Of a DNA stretch of 64,000 nucleotides, positions 43,127 to 53,720 are shown one piece after another. Source of the DNA: Candidatus Omnitrophota bacterium (lineage in GTDB: Bacteria; Omnitrophota; Gorgyraeia; Zapsychrales; JANLHA01); NCBI GenBank assembly GCA_020632535.1, contig JACKFJ010000001.1, positions 218,890 through 282,889 of the forward strand. Reading direction: 5' to 3'. Position 1 is the stretch's first letter. Each line of letters opens with the position of its first letter. The position numbers were made by a program, and so were the translations under genes. The notes beneath the pieces are model-generated. The model worked only from the letters and a program-made list of their open reading frames with translations. It ran no database searches and was not told the DNA's origin.

Positions 43127-44701
43127 ATGAAAAACGACAAAGTTTTAATATTTGATACCACATTGCGCGATGGCGAGCAAGCGCCCGGTGCTTCCATGAA
43201 CAAAGATGAGAAGCTCGAGATCGCATTTTTGCTTGAACGCATGGGTGTAGACATCATTGAAGCTGGTTTTCCGATTAGTTCGCCGGGAGACTTTGAGTCA
43301 GTGCGTCAAGTCGCAAAAGCGATTAAGACTTCGACTGTGTGCGGTTTGGCTCGTGCTATTCGCAAAGATATTGAAGCGGCATATGACGCGGTGAAGGTCG
43401 CGAAAAACGGCCGCATTCACGTCTTTTTAGCGACATCAAAAATTCATTTGGAACACAAATTTAAAAAATCACAGGATGAAATTTTGGCCATGGCGATTGA
43501 TGCCGTCAAATTCGCAAAATCCAGAATCAGCAATGTCGAATTTTCGCCAGAGGACGCAAGCCGTAGTGAAAAAAAGTTTTTGTATCGCATATTAGAAGCA
43601 GTCATCAAGGCGGGTGCGACAACAGTTAATATTCCAGACACCGTTGGATATAAGACACCTGATGAATACGGAAAACTTTTTTCTGACATTCGTAATAATG
43701 TTCCCAATATTTATAAAGCCGTCATTTCGACGCATTGCCATGATGATTTAGGGATGGGGGTAGCAAATTCTTTGGCGGCCATTAAGAATGGCGCGCGACA
43801 AGTCGAATGCACCGTCAATGGGATTGGCGAACGTGCGGGCAACGCAGCCATGGAAGAAATTGTCATGGCTTTAAAAACTCGCTCGGATTTTTATCGATGT
43901 GATACCAATATTAAAACACAAGAAATTTATAAAGCCTCGCGCTTGGTGAGTAAGATGACTGGATTTTTGGTTCCGCCAAATAAAGCGATTGTTGGAGCAA
44001 ACGCTTTTCGTCATGAATCCGGAATTCATCAGGACGGCGTTTTAAAGGAAAAGTCCACGTATGAAATTATGAGCCCGGAATCGGTTGGTGTCCCCGTCGG
44101 TAATTTGTTTTTAGGAAAGCATTCCGGTCGGCATGCTTTCAAGGTTCGTTTGAAAGCTTTAAATGTCGAGTTGAAAGACGCAGATTTGGATAAAGCTTTT
44201 GAAGAATTTAAGAAATTGGCTGATCAAAAAAAGCAGGTTTTTGATGAGGATTTATTAGCGATCGTTGAGGACAATAACAAGGTTTTTGAGCCTGTGTGGG
44301 AACTTGTCGATTTGATTAATACAAGCGGAATGAAAATTACGCCTAAGGTTGAAGTGACGTTAAAATCTAAGGGTAAAAAATTTGTAAAAGTTTCGTCCGG
44401 TGATGGTCCCGTTGATGCGTGTTATAAAGCTATTGATAAAATTATCGGCATTCAGGGAGAATTGTTGGATTATTCTATTCAGTCAGTCACGCATGGGCAG
44501 GATGCTTTGGGCGAAGTGTCAGTTAAAGTCAAGATCAATGATAAAAGTGTGATTTCTCGTGCCGCGAGCACAGATATTATTGTCGCGTCGGCGAAGGCCT
44601 ATTTGAACGCCATTAATAAAGTCATTTCGACTGAGGACCGCGAAGCGAAGTCCAAGGGAGCTCCGGTTGCTTCCTCACGAGGCCGACGTTCTTTATTATG
44701 A
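43127..44701 (+). CDS. leuA: 2-isopropylmalate synthase
   Basis: [23 protein letters not shown], and a C-terminal LeuA dimerisation/regulatory domain. 524 aa. Confidence 0.92.
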   Translation: MKNDKVLIFDTTLRDGEQAPGASMNKDEKLEIAFLLERMGVDIIEAGFPISSPGDFESVRQVAKAIKTSTVCGLARAIRKDIEAAYDAVKVAKNGRIHVFLATSKIHLEHKFKKSQDEILAMAIDAVKFAKSRISNVEFSPEDASRSEKKFLYRILEAVIKAGATTVNIPDTVGYKTPDEYGKLFSDIRNNVPNIYKAVISTHCHDDLGMGVANSLAAIKNGARQVECTVNGIGERAGNAAMEEIVMALKTRSDFYRCDTNIKTQEIYKASRLVSKMTGFLVPPNKAIVGANAFRHESGIHQDGVLKEKSTYEIMSPESVGVPVGNLFLGKHSGRHAFKVRLKALNVELKDADLDKAFEEFKKLADQKKQVFDEDLLAIVEDNNKVFEPVWELVDLINTSGMKITPKVEVTLKSKGKKFVKVSSGDGPVDACYKAIDKIIGIQGELLDYSIQSVTHGQDALGEVSVKVKINDKSVISRAASTDIIVASAKAYLNAINKVISTEDREAKSKGAPVASSRGRRSLL

Positions 44702-45564
44702 CGAAAGCAAAAACAACATACGGCATTATCGGTTATCCCGTCGCGCATAGTCTTTCCCCACTCATGCATAATGCCGCGTTTAAAGAGTTACGAGTCAAGG
44801 CCGTTTATAAACTTTTCCCTGTTCAGGCTGAAGAACTTGAGCCTTTCTTTAAAGAACTTCGTAAAAAAGATTCGAATATTTTTGGTTTGAATGTGACGGT
44901 GCCGTATAAAGAATCCGTGATTGCGCATTTGGACAGTATCAGTCCTTTCGCAAAAAAGGCGATGTCGGTTAACACGATTGTTATTGATGAAGATCGTAAG
45001 TTAAGAGGTTATAATACCGATGGACCGGGGTTTTTGGCGCATTTGGTTGAGCTGGAATTCAATACACGCGGAAAACGTATTGCGATTCTGGGGGCGGGAG
45101 GCACGACACGCGCGATATTAGCTTCACTGTGTTTAATTCCAGAAAAGCCGGAATCGATTCGTATTTATAATCGGACTGAGGAAAAGGCGCAGAAGCTCGT
45201 GAATGATTTATCTGCGCATATGGATGTTGGTCATATCAAAATTGTTCCGACGATTGATGATCTTAATATCGAATTGTGTGATTTGTTAATTAACACAACA
45301 TCGGTTGGATTAAATGCGCCAAATGAGACGATGATCGATGGGGATCTTTTGCATCAGGATATGCTCGTTTATGATGTGGTTTATGAGCCGCGGGAAACAA
45401 TGCTCTTGAAACTTGCTCGTGAAAAAGGGGCAAAGACAGCGAACGGATTAGGACTTTTATTTTATCAAGGAATATTATCGTTGCAGCATTGGGCGGGACA
45501 AGAGTTGCCTTCGGAAATTAAGAATATCATTCGTGATGTTTTAGAAAATGGAGTGCAAGAGTGA
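44698..45564 (+). CDS. aroE: Shikimate dehydrogenase
   Basis: GIIGYPVAHSLSPLMHNAAF, NVTVPYK, NTDGPGF, ILGAGGTTRA. Confidence 0.9.
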   Translation: MTKAKTTYGIIGYPVAHSLSPLMHNAAFKELRVKAVYKLFPVQAEELEPFFKELRKKDSNIFGLNVTVPYKESVIAHLDSISPFAKKAMSVNTIVIDEDRKLRGYNTDGPGFLAHLVELEFNTRGKRIAILGAGGTTRAILASLCLIPEKPESIRIYNRTEEKAQKLVNDLSAHMDVGHIKIVPTIDDLNIELCDLLINTTSVGLNAPNETMIDGDLLHQDMLVYDVVYEPRETMLLKLAREKGAKTANGLGLLFYQGILSLQHWAGQELPSEIKNIIRDVLENGVQE

Positions 45565-46562
45565 TAGAAATCATGGTTGTTGAGGCGTATATCCTTTTTC
45601 TCGGCGCTTGCGTCGGTAGTTTTCTTAATGTTTGTATTGTTCGCCTTCCCAAAGAGCAGTCTGTTCTCAGGCCGCCTTCACATTGTGTGTCGTGTAAGAA
45701 GCCGATTGCGTGGATCGATAATATTCCGCTTTTTAGTTATTTGATTTTGGGTGGGAAATGCCGCCATTGTAAAGCTAGGTATTCAATTCGTTATTTTGTG
45801 ATTGAACTGATTACGGCAATATCATTTTTTGGGCTTTATAAGTTTTTTGGGTTAACGCTTGTGACAGTTGCGTATTGGATCATGATTTCGGGATTTATTG
45901 TGGCGACGTTCGTTGATTTTGAACACCGCATTATTCCTGATGAAGTGAGCATCGGTGGAATGTTTGTTGGTATTGCCTTGAGCGCTTTCATTCCGGCCTT
46001 GCATCAGTCTGAATTTGCTCATGTTGGTTTTGGCGGATTTTTGGCAGGTTTGATGGTTGTGATATGCTTAGCTTTAACTTTATTCCCGTCTTTGTTTACG
46101 CCAACATCCGAAGTTCAGGATCAGTCCGATGATCGTGGTATTAAGATTTTGGTGGCGGTTTCTTTGCTTTTTATTAGCGGCGTGAATTTCTTTGCTGCGT
46201 ATATTCCACCGGCGTTATTGCCATACGCTTTGAGTTTAAGCGCGGCTTTGTCCGGTTATATTGTTGGGGGTGGCGCGATTTATTTGATGGGTCTTGTTGG
46301 GGATGTTATTTTTAAAAAGGAATCAATGGGCGGAGGAGATGTTAAGCTTATGGCTATGGTTGGTGCTTTTCTCGGCTGGAAGCTTGCCTTACTCGCATTT
46401 TTTATCGCACCATTTTTTGGAGCGGTTTACGGTGTCATTGAAAAGATTCGCACCAAGGACAGTGCCATCGCTTACGGTCCATTTTTAGTTTTAGGATCAC
46501 TTTTAAGTTTATTTTACGGAAATCAAATTATTCAATGGATTATCAATGGATACCGGTTTTAA
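45561..46562 (+). CDS. pilD: Prepilin (type IV leader) peptidase, A24 family
   Basis: N-terminal Cys pairs CVSCKKPI...CRHCKARY, catalytic Asp contexts ATFVDFEHRIIPDE and GGGDVKLMAMVGAFLG, and a polytopic membrane profile. Confidence 0.85.
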   Translation: MIEIMVVEAYILFLGACVGSFLNVCIVRLPKEQSVLRPPSHCVSCKKPIAWIDNIPLFSYLILGGKCRHCKARYSIRYFVIELITAISFFGLYKFFGLTLVTVAYWIMISGFIVATFVDFEHRIIPDEVSIGGMFVGIALSAFIPALHQSEFAHVGFGGFLAGLMVVICLALTLFPSLFTPTSEVQDQSDDRGIKILVAVSLLFISGVNFFAAYIPPALLPYALSLSAALSGYIVGGGAIYLMGLVGDVIFKKESMGGGDVKLMAMVGAFLGWKLALLAFFIAPFFGAVYGVIEKIRTKDSAIAYGPFLVLGSLLSLFYGNQIIQWIINGYRF

Positions 46563-46571
46563 TCGGGGCAT

Positions 46572-47096
46572 GTGTTAATGTTAAAGAATATTGTCCTCAT
46601 CGGTTTTATGGGCGTTGGAAAATCGTTGGCCGCGAAGCATTTGGCCGCGAAATTAAATCGCCCCATTATTTCAACCGATGAATTGATTGTCCGTCAAGAA
46701 GGGAAGTCGATCGCGCAAATATTTCAAGAGAAAAGTGAAGCGTATTTTCGTGCAGTTGAAGCAAAAGTTGTCGAAGCAATTTCGAATAAAACCAATGTTA
46801 TTGTCGATTGCGGCGGCGGTATCGCATTAAACCCGGCCAACATGGATCTTTTAAAAAAGAATGGAATAATTTTCTATCTCTCGGCTTCTGTTGATGAGAT
46901 TTATAAAAATGTTAAAGATCAAAAGCATCGTCCCCTCCTTAACACCCCCGACCCCAAGAATCAAATCAAACAGCTGTTGGAAGCGCGTCAGCCGTTTTAC
47001 AAAATGGCTGATTACGTGATTGATGCCAACGGTAAAAGTGGCGAACAGTTGTGCGTTGATATTTTGACACTGTTTAAAAGCGCCAGTAAAAAGTAG
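46572..47096 (+). CDS. aroK: Shikimate kinase
   Basis: LIGFMGVGKS P-loop, STDELI, and DCGGG. 174 aa. The start could instead be ATG at 46578. Confidence 0.88.
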   Translation: MLMLKNIVLIGFMGVGKSLAAKHLAAKLNRPIISTDELIVRQEGKSIAQIFQEKSEAYFRAVEAKVVEAISNKTNVIVDCGGGIALNPANMDLLKKNGIIFYLSASVDEIYKNVKDQKHRPLLNTPDPKNQIKQLLEARQPFYKMADYVIDANGKSGEQLCVDILTLFKSASKK

Positions 47097-47141
47097 TTTC
47101 AGGCGTTTTGGGGTTGTATTTTAAAATATGGAGGGAGAGCA

Positions 47142-48254
47142 ATGACTGATCAGGAAGCGATTGTGCTTTTAAGCGCGTTGCCGGGTTTGGGGAGTGTCAA
47201 AGTTCGTAAACTTGTTGAGCATTTTGGTTCAGTTGCCAACGCGTTAAAAGCTAAAGAAAAAGATTTTGCTGCGCTGGGATTATTTTCGCGTAATAGTTTG
47301 CAAAAGATTTTTGAATTCGACCGAGACAATTTTTTGCAAAGTGAATATAATCTAATTCGACAAAATGATGTTGCAGTTGTGACGATCTTTGATGAAGAAT
47401 ATCCGATTGCATTGCGCAGTATTTATGATCCACCGATTGTGTTATATGTTCGCGGGAAGATCCCTAAAGATGAGGGACTATCGGTTGCTGTTGTTGGGTC
47501 ACGGAATGCGTCGGTGTATGGATTAACCGTTGCGGAAAAACTTTCGAGTCAGCTTGCCGAATTGGGATTAACTGTTGTTTCTGGTTTGGCTAAGGGCATT
47601 GACGCCGCCGCGCATCGGGGGTGTCTTCGAACCGGTGGGCATACGATTGCTGTTGTCGGGTGTGGATTGAGTCATATTTATCCGCCGGAGCATAAGGAGC
47701 TTTTCGCTGAAATCAGCATTAAAGGCGCGGTAATTTCTTCATTGCCGATGGCAACTCCACCGATCGCTTTTAATTTTCCCGCGCGTAATCGAATCATCAG
47801 TGGAATGTCGCTTGCTGTCCTTGTTGTCGAAGCATCGTTAAAAAGCGGGGCTTTGATAACAAGTCATTTTGCGCTTGAACAGGGTCGTGATGTTTTTGCG
47901 GTGCCGGGAAAGATTGATCATCCCAATAGTCAGGGTGTGAATCGACTTATTAAGGATGGCGCAAAATTAGTCACGTGTTTTGAAGATATTCTTGAAGAGC
48001 TGGATCCGCAACTGCGAAGAATTTCTGCGGCGCCGCGAAAATTGCTACCGACGTCTAATGAAAAGGTTTTAAAGGCGATTTATAGTGAAGATGAATTGAG
48101 TGTCGCGCAATGGTTGAGTCAGGAGCCGTTGTATATTGATGATTTGATTAGTAAGTCTGGTCAACCTCACGGCGACGTGGTAAGCACATTGTTAAAGATG
48201 GAACTTAAAGGAATTGTAAAAAAATTGCCCGGACAATATTTTGTCTTGGCGTAA
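47142..48254 (+). CDS. dprA: DNA-processing protein DprA
   Basis: Full-length DprA pattern (YPPIALRSIYDPPIVLYVRG, VVGSRNAS, GLAKGIDAAAHRG, FPARNRIISG) and a C-terminal winged-helix-like tail. Confidence 0.9.
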   Translation: MTDQEAIVLLSALPGLGSVKVRKLVEHFGSVANALKAKEKDFAALGLFSRNSLQKIFEFDRDNFLQSEYNLIRQNDVAVVTIFDEEYPIALRSIYDPPIVLYVRGKIPKDEGLSVAVVGSRNASVYGLTVAEKLSSQLAELGLTVVSGLAKGIDAAAHRGCLRTGGHTIAVVGCGLSHIYPPEHKELFAEISIKGAVISSLPMATPPIAFNFPARNRIISGMSLAVLVVEASLKSGALITSHFALEQGRDVFAVPGKIDHPNSQGVNRLIKDGAKLVTCFEDILEELDPQLRRISAAPRKLLPTSNEKVLKAIYSEDELSVAQWLSQEPLYIDDLISKSGQPHGDVVSTLLKMELKGIVKKLPGQYFVLA

Positions 48255-48268
48255 TCATAAGGAATGTC

Positions 48269-50251
48269 ATGGCCAAAGCTTTAGTTATTGTTGAATCACC
48301 CACAAAAGTTAAAACAATCAATAAAATTTTAGGTGCGAAATTTAAAGTCCTTTCGTCCATGGGGCATTTGATTGATTTACCAAAATCGCAATTGGGTGTG
48401 GATGTTGATAATGATTTTGTCGCCAAATTGATCGTCATGCGCGCCAAACAAAAGACTTTGACAAGTTTAAAAAAGGAAGCAAAGGCCAAAGACGAGATTT
48501 ACTTCGCGACTGATCCTGATCGTGAAGGTGAAGCGATTGGGTGGAATATTCGTCCCTATCTCGGTGAAGATAAAAAAGTTTTTCGTGTTACTTTTCAGGA
48601 AATCACCAAAACAGCGGTTTTAAAGGCTTTTGAACATCCTCGTAAATTCGATAGCAAGAAAATTGAATCCCAAATGGCCCGTCGGGTATTGGATCGTATC
48701 GTCGGATATATGATCAGTCCATTGTTATGGAAAAAAGTTGGTTCACGTTTAAGTGCCGGACGCGTTCAGTCTGTGGCGCTTCGCTTGATTGTTGACCGTG
48801 AGCGGGCGATTAAAAATTTTGTGCCGCAAGAATATTGGCTTATCGCGGTTGAATTACAAAAGCCCGGACTTGCGGAAGTATTGACCGCGAATCTTGAGAA
48901 AATTGATGGTGAGAAATTCGAACTCAGCAGTCAGGATATGTCGGATAATATTGTTGCCGAGATTCAAAAAGAAAAATTTATTGTTTCCGATGTAATTGAA
49001 AAAGATATCAAGCGTAATCCCGCGCCGCCGTTTATCACGTCAACATTGCAGCAGGAAGCGTTTAATAAGCTCGGTTTTAACGCTAATCGCACAATGAAAA
49101 TCGCGCAAGAACTATATGAAGGTCTTGAACTGGGCGAAGGGGATCCCATCGGTTTGATTACCTATATGCGTACGGATTCAGTCAATATTTCTAATGATGC
49201 TTTGGATATGGTGCGATCATATATTAAAGATCAGTATGGGACGAAATATCTTCCTGAAACTGCAAATAAGTATAAGTCAAAGAAATCAGCGCAAGAAGCA
49301 CATGAGGCTATTCGCCCTGCGGATGTTTTACGAAATCCTGAGGACATCAGTAAGTATTTGAGTGAAGATCAGTTAAAGCTTTATTCGATTATTTGGCGAC
49401 GTTTTGTGAGTTCGCAAATGATGCCGGCAATTTATCGCAACAAACGAATTGAAATTACGGCGGGACGCTTTCTTTTTTCAGCGTCCGGTTCAACGCTAGT
49501 TTTTGATGGTTTTCTTACTTTGGATCCAGCTTCGCGTGAGGAAGATGGGAAGGTGGATTTGTCTCCATATCAGAAAAAAAATGATTTGAAATTGATAGAC
49601 GTGAAACCCAGTCAGCATTTTACCAAACCACCGCCACGATTTTCCGAGGCTACGTTAGTAAAAACATTGGAAGAAGAAGGCATTGGACGTCCGAGTACGT
49701 ATGCGTCAATCATTTCGACTCTTGTTGCCCGTAATTATGTTGTACGGGAGCGTGGATATTTTAATGCCACGGAATTAGGGATGAAAATTTGTGACCTTTT
49801 GGTTGAGTATTTCCCGACGATTATGGATATTGGTTTTACAGCGGGAATGGAGGAGCGACTTGATTTGGTCGAGGAAGGGGAGTTGGAGTACGCTATTCTT
49901 TTAAAGGAATTTTATGGTCCATTTAAGAAAGAATTGGATCATGCTATGGCGACGATTGAAAAGACTCAGGAATTTATTGATGAAAAATGTCCGGAGTGTG
50001 GTTTGCAAATGGTTGTCAAGTGGGGTCGCCGCGGAAAGTTTTTAAGTTGTTCTGGTTTTCCCAATTGTAAATTTGCCAAGCCGATTACAACGGGCGTCAA
50101 ATGCCCACAGGAAAATTGTGATGGCGAAATTGTTAAACGTCGCGGCAAAAGCGGGCGGGCATTTTTTGGCTGCAGCCGTTATCCGAATTGTACTTATACA
50201 GCAAATAGTTTGCCGGAAAACACAGAAACTATAAAACCGGAAACTTCATGA
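48269..50251 (+). CDS. topA: DNA topoisomerase I (660 aa, two C-terminal zinc ribbons)
   Basis: Toprim LVIVESPTKVKTI, DPDREGEAI, catalytic Tyr context ITYMRTDS, and zinc ribbons CPECG...CSGFPNC and CPQENC...CSRYPNC. Confidence 0.93.
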   Translation: MAKALVIVESPTKVKTINKILGAKFKVLSSMGHLIDLPKSQLGVDVDNDFVAKLIVMRAKQKTLTSLKKEAKAKDEIYFATDPDREGEAIGWNIRPYLGEDKKVFRVTFQEITKTAVLKAFEHPRKFDSKKIESQMARRVLDRIVGYMISPLLWKKVGSRLSAGRVQSVALRLIVDRERAIKNFVPQEYWLIAVELQKPGLAEVLTANLEKIDGEKFELSSQDMSDNIVAEIQKEKFIVSDVIEKDIKRNPAPPFITSTLQQEAFNKLGFNANRTMKIAQELYEGLELGEGDPIGLITYMRTDSVNISNDALDMVRSYIKDQYGTKYLPETANKYKSKKSAQEAHEAIRPADVLRNPEDISKYLSEDQLKLYSIIWRRFVSSQMMPAIYRNKRIEITAGRFLFSASGSTLVFDGFLTLDPASREEDGKVDLSPYQKKNDLKLIDVKPSQHFTKPPPRFSEATLVKTLEEEGIGRPSTYASIISTLVARNYVVRERGYFNATELGMKICDLLVEYFPTIMDIGFTAGMEERLDLVEEGELEYAILLKEFYGPFKKELDHAMATIEKTQEFIDEKCPECGLQMVVKWGRRGKFLSCSGFPNCKFAKPITTGVKCPQENCDGEIVKRRGKSGRAFFGCSRYPNCTYTANSLPENTETIKPETS

Positions 50252-50267
50252 TAAGTTTTGATTTTAT

Positions 50268-51140
50268 ATGAATCGATACATTGAAAAATTTCTAACCTTC
50301 CTCGAAATCGAAAAGAATTATTCTCCCCACACCATTCTCAATTACAAACTTGATTTGGTTCATTTTATTGAATTTGTTGAGGACAAATCTCTTGAAAGTG
50401 TTGAATATAATGATTTTCGCCGATATTTGGCTCAATTAAGAACACAGCAATTTAAGCCCCGAACACTTGCGCGCAAACTTTCTTCGATACGCAGTCTTTT
50501 TAGATTTCTTCAGCGTGAAGGACACATTAAAGAAAATCCCGCTGTTTTGCTTATGACACCAAAGTTGGATAAAACGCTTCCGAAATTTTTGTCGGAGGCA
50601 GAAGTATCTCAGCTTATTGAAGCTCCCAAAATTATAAAAATGGGTGGTCAGCGTGACCGTGCAATTTTTGAGACATTGTATAGTTCCGGTTTGCGTGTGA
50701 GTGAACTTGTTGGGCTTAACGTGGAGCACATTGATTTTATTGGGAATGTTGTTAAAGTGATGGGGAAGGGCAAGAAAGAACGGATTGTACCTATCGGTGA
50801 TCAAGCTTTAAAGGAGATTCGTGGTTATTTGGCGACGCGCGTTGTGAAGGAAGGCCTAAAAGAACGCGCTGTGTTTTTGAATAAAAACGGTAAGCGTCTG
50901 ACGGATCGCAGTATTCGCAATATCATTAATAAGCATTTGCTGATGACGAGTGTGACGATGAAGGTTTCGCCGCATGTTTTGCGGCATTCTTTTGCGACAC
51001 ATCTTTTGGATCGCGGCGCAGATTTGCGTTCGGTTCAGGAACTTTTGGGGCATGTTAATTTATCAACAACACAAATTTATACGCATTTGACGACGGATCG
51101 ATTAAAAACAGTTTATGATAAGGCGCATCCTCATGCATAG
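50268..51140 (+). CDS. xerC: Tyrosine recombinase XerC/XerD family
   Basis: SAM-like N-domain, catalytic RxxxLxxGLR (YSSGLRVSEL), HVLRHSFATHLL, LLGHVNLSTTQIYTH. Lies in a dprA-topA-xerC chromosomal context. Confidence 0.85.
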   Translation: MNRYIEKFLTFLEIEKNYSPHTILNYKLDLVHFIEFVEDKSLESVEYNDFRRYLAQLRTQQFKPRTLARKLSSIRSLFRFLQREGHIKENPAVLLMTPKLDKTLPKFLSEAEVSQLIEAPKIIKMGGQRDRAIFETLYSSGLRVSELVGLNVEHIDFIGNVVKVMGKGKKERIVPIGDQALKEIRGYLATRVVKEGLKERAVFLNKNGKRLTDRSIRNIINKHLLMTSVTMKVSPHVLRHSFATHLLDRGADLRSVQELLGHVNLSTTQIYTHLTTDRLKTVYDKAHPHA

Positions 51141-51148
51141 TAATTGCA

Positions 51149-51259
51149 GGGATTGTAAGAGATCCCATGCGAGTTTGGCGAGCCTCGAGAGGCGAGTCCT
51201 TTTAGGACGAGCCGATAGAGCGCGAGACATTGTTTGAGCAGGGGATCTCTTACGATCCC
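51149..51259. repeat. 111-bp element with 18-bp terminal inverted repeats, between xerC and waaA
   Basis: gggattgtaagagatccc (51149-51166) versus gggatctcttacgatccc (51242-51259) matches 17/18 as a reverse complement. The interior holds a central hairpin gtcct-ttt-aggac and a cccatgcgag block resembling the CCATTGCGAG family. Confidence 0.85.
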
Positions 51260-51272
51260 TTTAGAAATCAAT

Positions 51273-52556
51273 ATGCTTATTCTTTATAACATCTTATATT
51301 TGATCGCTTTTGTTTTCTATTTACCGGTTTTGCTGGTAAAGGGCAAATTGCATAGTGGTTTTAAACAACGCTTTGGCATTTTGGGGCAAGAGCTATGCTA
51401 TCGCTTATTTAAAAAACCTAATATCTGGTTTCATGCCGTTAGTGTCGGTGAAATTTTAGCCATTGTCGGACTTGTTGAAAAAATGCGTCTGCGTCATCCG
51501 CAATATCAAATTGTCATATCCACAGTTACAAAAACAGGATATTCCTTAGCGCAAAAGTGTTTTAAAAAAGAAGATGTGATTGTTTATGCTCCAGTGGATT
51601 TGAGCTGGGTTGTTAATCGTTTTATCAAGAAGATTAAACCAGAAATATTTGTTACCGCAGAAACAGAAATTTGGCCTAATCTTTTGCTTGCTTTGTCAAA
51701 AGTAGACATTCCTATGGCGATGGTCAATGGTCGCATTTCAGATAAATCGTTTTATCGTTATCGCCGATTTTCAGGTTTTTTGCGCCAAATTTTGCGCCCA
51801 TTCCGAGCTTTTTGTATGCAAAGCGCGCTTGATGCCGATCGAATCATTAGTTTGGGCGCGGTATCTGATCATGTCAGTGTTCCGGGCAGCATGAAATTTG
51901 ATGATATTGTTATCGCTGAAAAAATGACCGCAGAGCAACTAGGTTTTAATGAGGATAGCCTGATTTGGGTTGCTGGGAGTACGCACGTGGGCGAGGAGAA
52001 AATCGTTCTTGATGTTTTTAAGAAGTTAAAGTCAACATTCCCGTCACTATCGTTAATTATAGCTCCGCGGCATATTGAACGTACCGAGGAAGTTCATAGT
52101 CTTGTTAAAGCTATTGGTTTTGTGCCTGTAAATTTTTCGGATGTTCGCGCGCAGTCGTTAAATTCAGACGTTGTGATTGTCGTCGATACCATTGGGCATT
52201 TAAAGGCCCTTTATCAAGTAGCGACAGTGGTTTTTGTGGGAAAAAGTCTTGTCGGCCATGGCGGGCAAAATATTATTGAGCCCGCGTTTTTTGGAAAACC
52301 AATTATTATTGGGCCTAATATGCAGAATTTTATTGAGATTACCGAAACCTTTCTTACCGCTCGCGGGGTGATACAGATTCAAGAATCTGCGGAGATGGAA
52401 GATATCCTTAAGAAACTTTTATCTTCAACGCAGTTGCGCGAAACCTTGGGTGAAAGGGCGCAGGCGATTATCAAAAAGAATCAGGGGGCTACCGATCGGA
52501 CAGAAAAAATCCTTTCCCGAATACTCGCGACAACCCACTTTGTCAAACCCACCTAA
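51273..52556 (+). CDS. waaA: 3-deoxy-D-manno-octulosonic acid (Kdo) transferase
   Basis: N-terminal anchor, WFHAVSVGE motif, GGQNIIEPA near the C-terminus. ATG at 51273 is used because the track start at 51234 lies within the repeat element. Confidence 0.9.
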   Translation: MLILYNILYLIAFVFYLPVLLVKGKLHSGFKQRFGILGQELCYRLFKKPNIWFHAVSVGEILAIVGLVEKMRLRHPQYQIVISTVTKTGYSLAQKCFKKEDVIVYAPVDLSWVVNRFIKKIKPEIFVTAETEIWPNLLLALSKVDIPMAMVNGRISDKSFYRYRRFSGFLRQILRPFRAFCMQSALDADRIISLGAVSDHVSVPGSMKFDDIVIAEKMTAEQLGFNEDSLIWVAGSTHVGEEKIVLDVFKKLKSTFPSLSLIIAPRHIERTEEVHSLVKAIGFVPVNFSDVRAQSLNSDVVIVVDTIGHLKALYQVATVVFVGKSLVGHGGQNIIEPAFFGKPIIIGPNMQNFIEITETFLTARGVIQIQESAEMEDILKKLLSSTQLRETLGERAQAIIKKNQGATDRTEKILSRILATTHFVKPT

Positions 52557-52658
52557 ATAGTATTATTAATAATCCTAATAGCGGGATTAGCATTTTCATG
52601 TAAAATATAAAGCATTTGCGAGAGAGTATTGTCGTAATAATGCAGGAGTTTTTTGTTT

Positions 52659-53720
52659 ATGCGTGAATATTTGTATCGGGTCATAACCGGGCAGGTGAGT
52701 GGTTTTGTCGCGGCCATCGTTAAATTTTTTCTATATATTTTGTCGCTGATTTTTGGTGTGATTATCAATGTAAGAAATTTACTCATCGAACGTGGGAATT
52801 TGCAGGTTATTGATCTTGGTAAGCCTGTTATTAGTGTCGGTAATATCACGTGGGGCGGGGTTGGTAAGACACCTTTTGTGATTTTTCTTGTTGAGTATTT
52901 CAGCGCACACGGTTTGAAGTCGGCAATTTTAACGCGTGGTTACATGAAAAATGTCGGTCGTGTTAATACTCTTAGTGATGAAGCGCTGATGTTAAAACAG
53001 CAAATTCCGGATATTCCTGTAGGTGTCGGGGCTGACCGTGTAAGTGAAAGCCGGAAAATATTAAGAGATCAACCCGTGGATGTATTTATTCTCGATGATG
53101 GTTTTCAACATCGTAAAGTCAAGCGTGATATCGATATTGTTTTGATTGATACAACTAATCCATTTGGTAATAATGAATTAATTCCAGCTGGTATTTTACG
53201 TGAACCATTAAGCGCTTTAAAGCGGGCACAGATTATTGTTTTGACCAAAACGGATCTCAATCTGTCTGCCGCGCAAGTTCTTGAAGAACGATTGCGCAAA
53301 ATTAATAATGTGTGCCCAATTGCTTGGGCTGTTCATTCCCCGAGCGGTTTGGTCGATCTTTTTGGTAATGATGAAGAACAGTTGATCGATTTGCGCGGAA
53401 AGCGGGTTGTGAGCTTTTGTAGTATTGGTGACCCTAAAAGTTTTGAAGAAAGTTTAAATACTACTGGAGCTTTGATTGACCGAAGTTTTATTTTTCCTGA
53501 TCATCATGTTTATCTGGAAAGAGACATTCAGAAAATCATTGCCCACGCGCAACAGACGGGGATTGAGATTCTTGTTACGACGGCGAAAGACAGTGTTAAG
53601 ATTTTGCAGTTTCAGCGGCATTTTACATCGTGCCGCTGTTTGATTTTAAAAATTAAAATAGAATTGCGAACAGGGAAAAATGAAGTTTTTAAGCGAATTG
53701 ATCATTTATTGGGTCGTTAA
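52659..53720 (+). CDS. lpxK: Tetraacyldisaccharide 4'-kinase
   Basis: VISVGNITWGGVGKTP P-loop, LTRGY, LDDGFQH. ATG at 52659 follows GCAGGAG. Confidence 0.88.
   Translation: MREYLYRVITGQVSGFVAAIVKFFLYILSLIFGVIINVRNLLIERGNLQVIDLGKPVISVGNITWGGVGKTPFVIFLVEYFSAHGLKSAILTRGYMKNVGRVNTLSDEALMLKQQIPDIPVGVGADRVSESRKILRDQPVDVFILDDGFQHRKVKRDIDIVLIDTTNPFGNNELIPAGILREPLSALKRAQIIVLTKTDLNLSAAQVLEERLRKINNVCPIAWAVHSPSGLVDLFGNDEEQLIDLRGKRVVSFCSIGDPKSFEESLNTTGALIDRSFIFPDHHVYLERDIQKIIAHAQQTGIEILVTTAKDSVKILQFQRHFTSCRCLILKIKIELRTGKNEVFKRIDHLLGR

Noticed and set aside
50268-51259. XerC-like recombinase plus the adjacent inverted-repeat element as an integrative mobile element.
   Set aside because: The recombinase sits in a dprA-topA-xerC housekeeping arrangement. 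No phage, plasmid or cargo genes, att-like direct repeats or tRNA target flank it. The 111-bp element is too small to encode anything.
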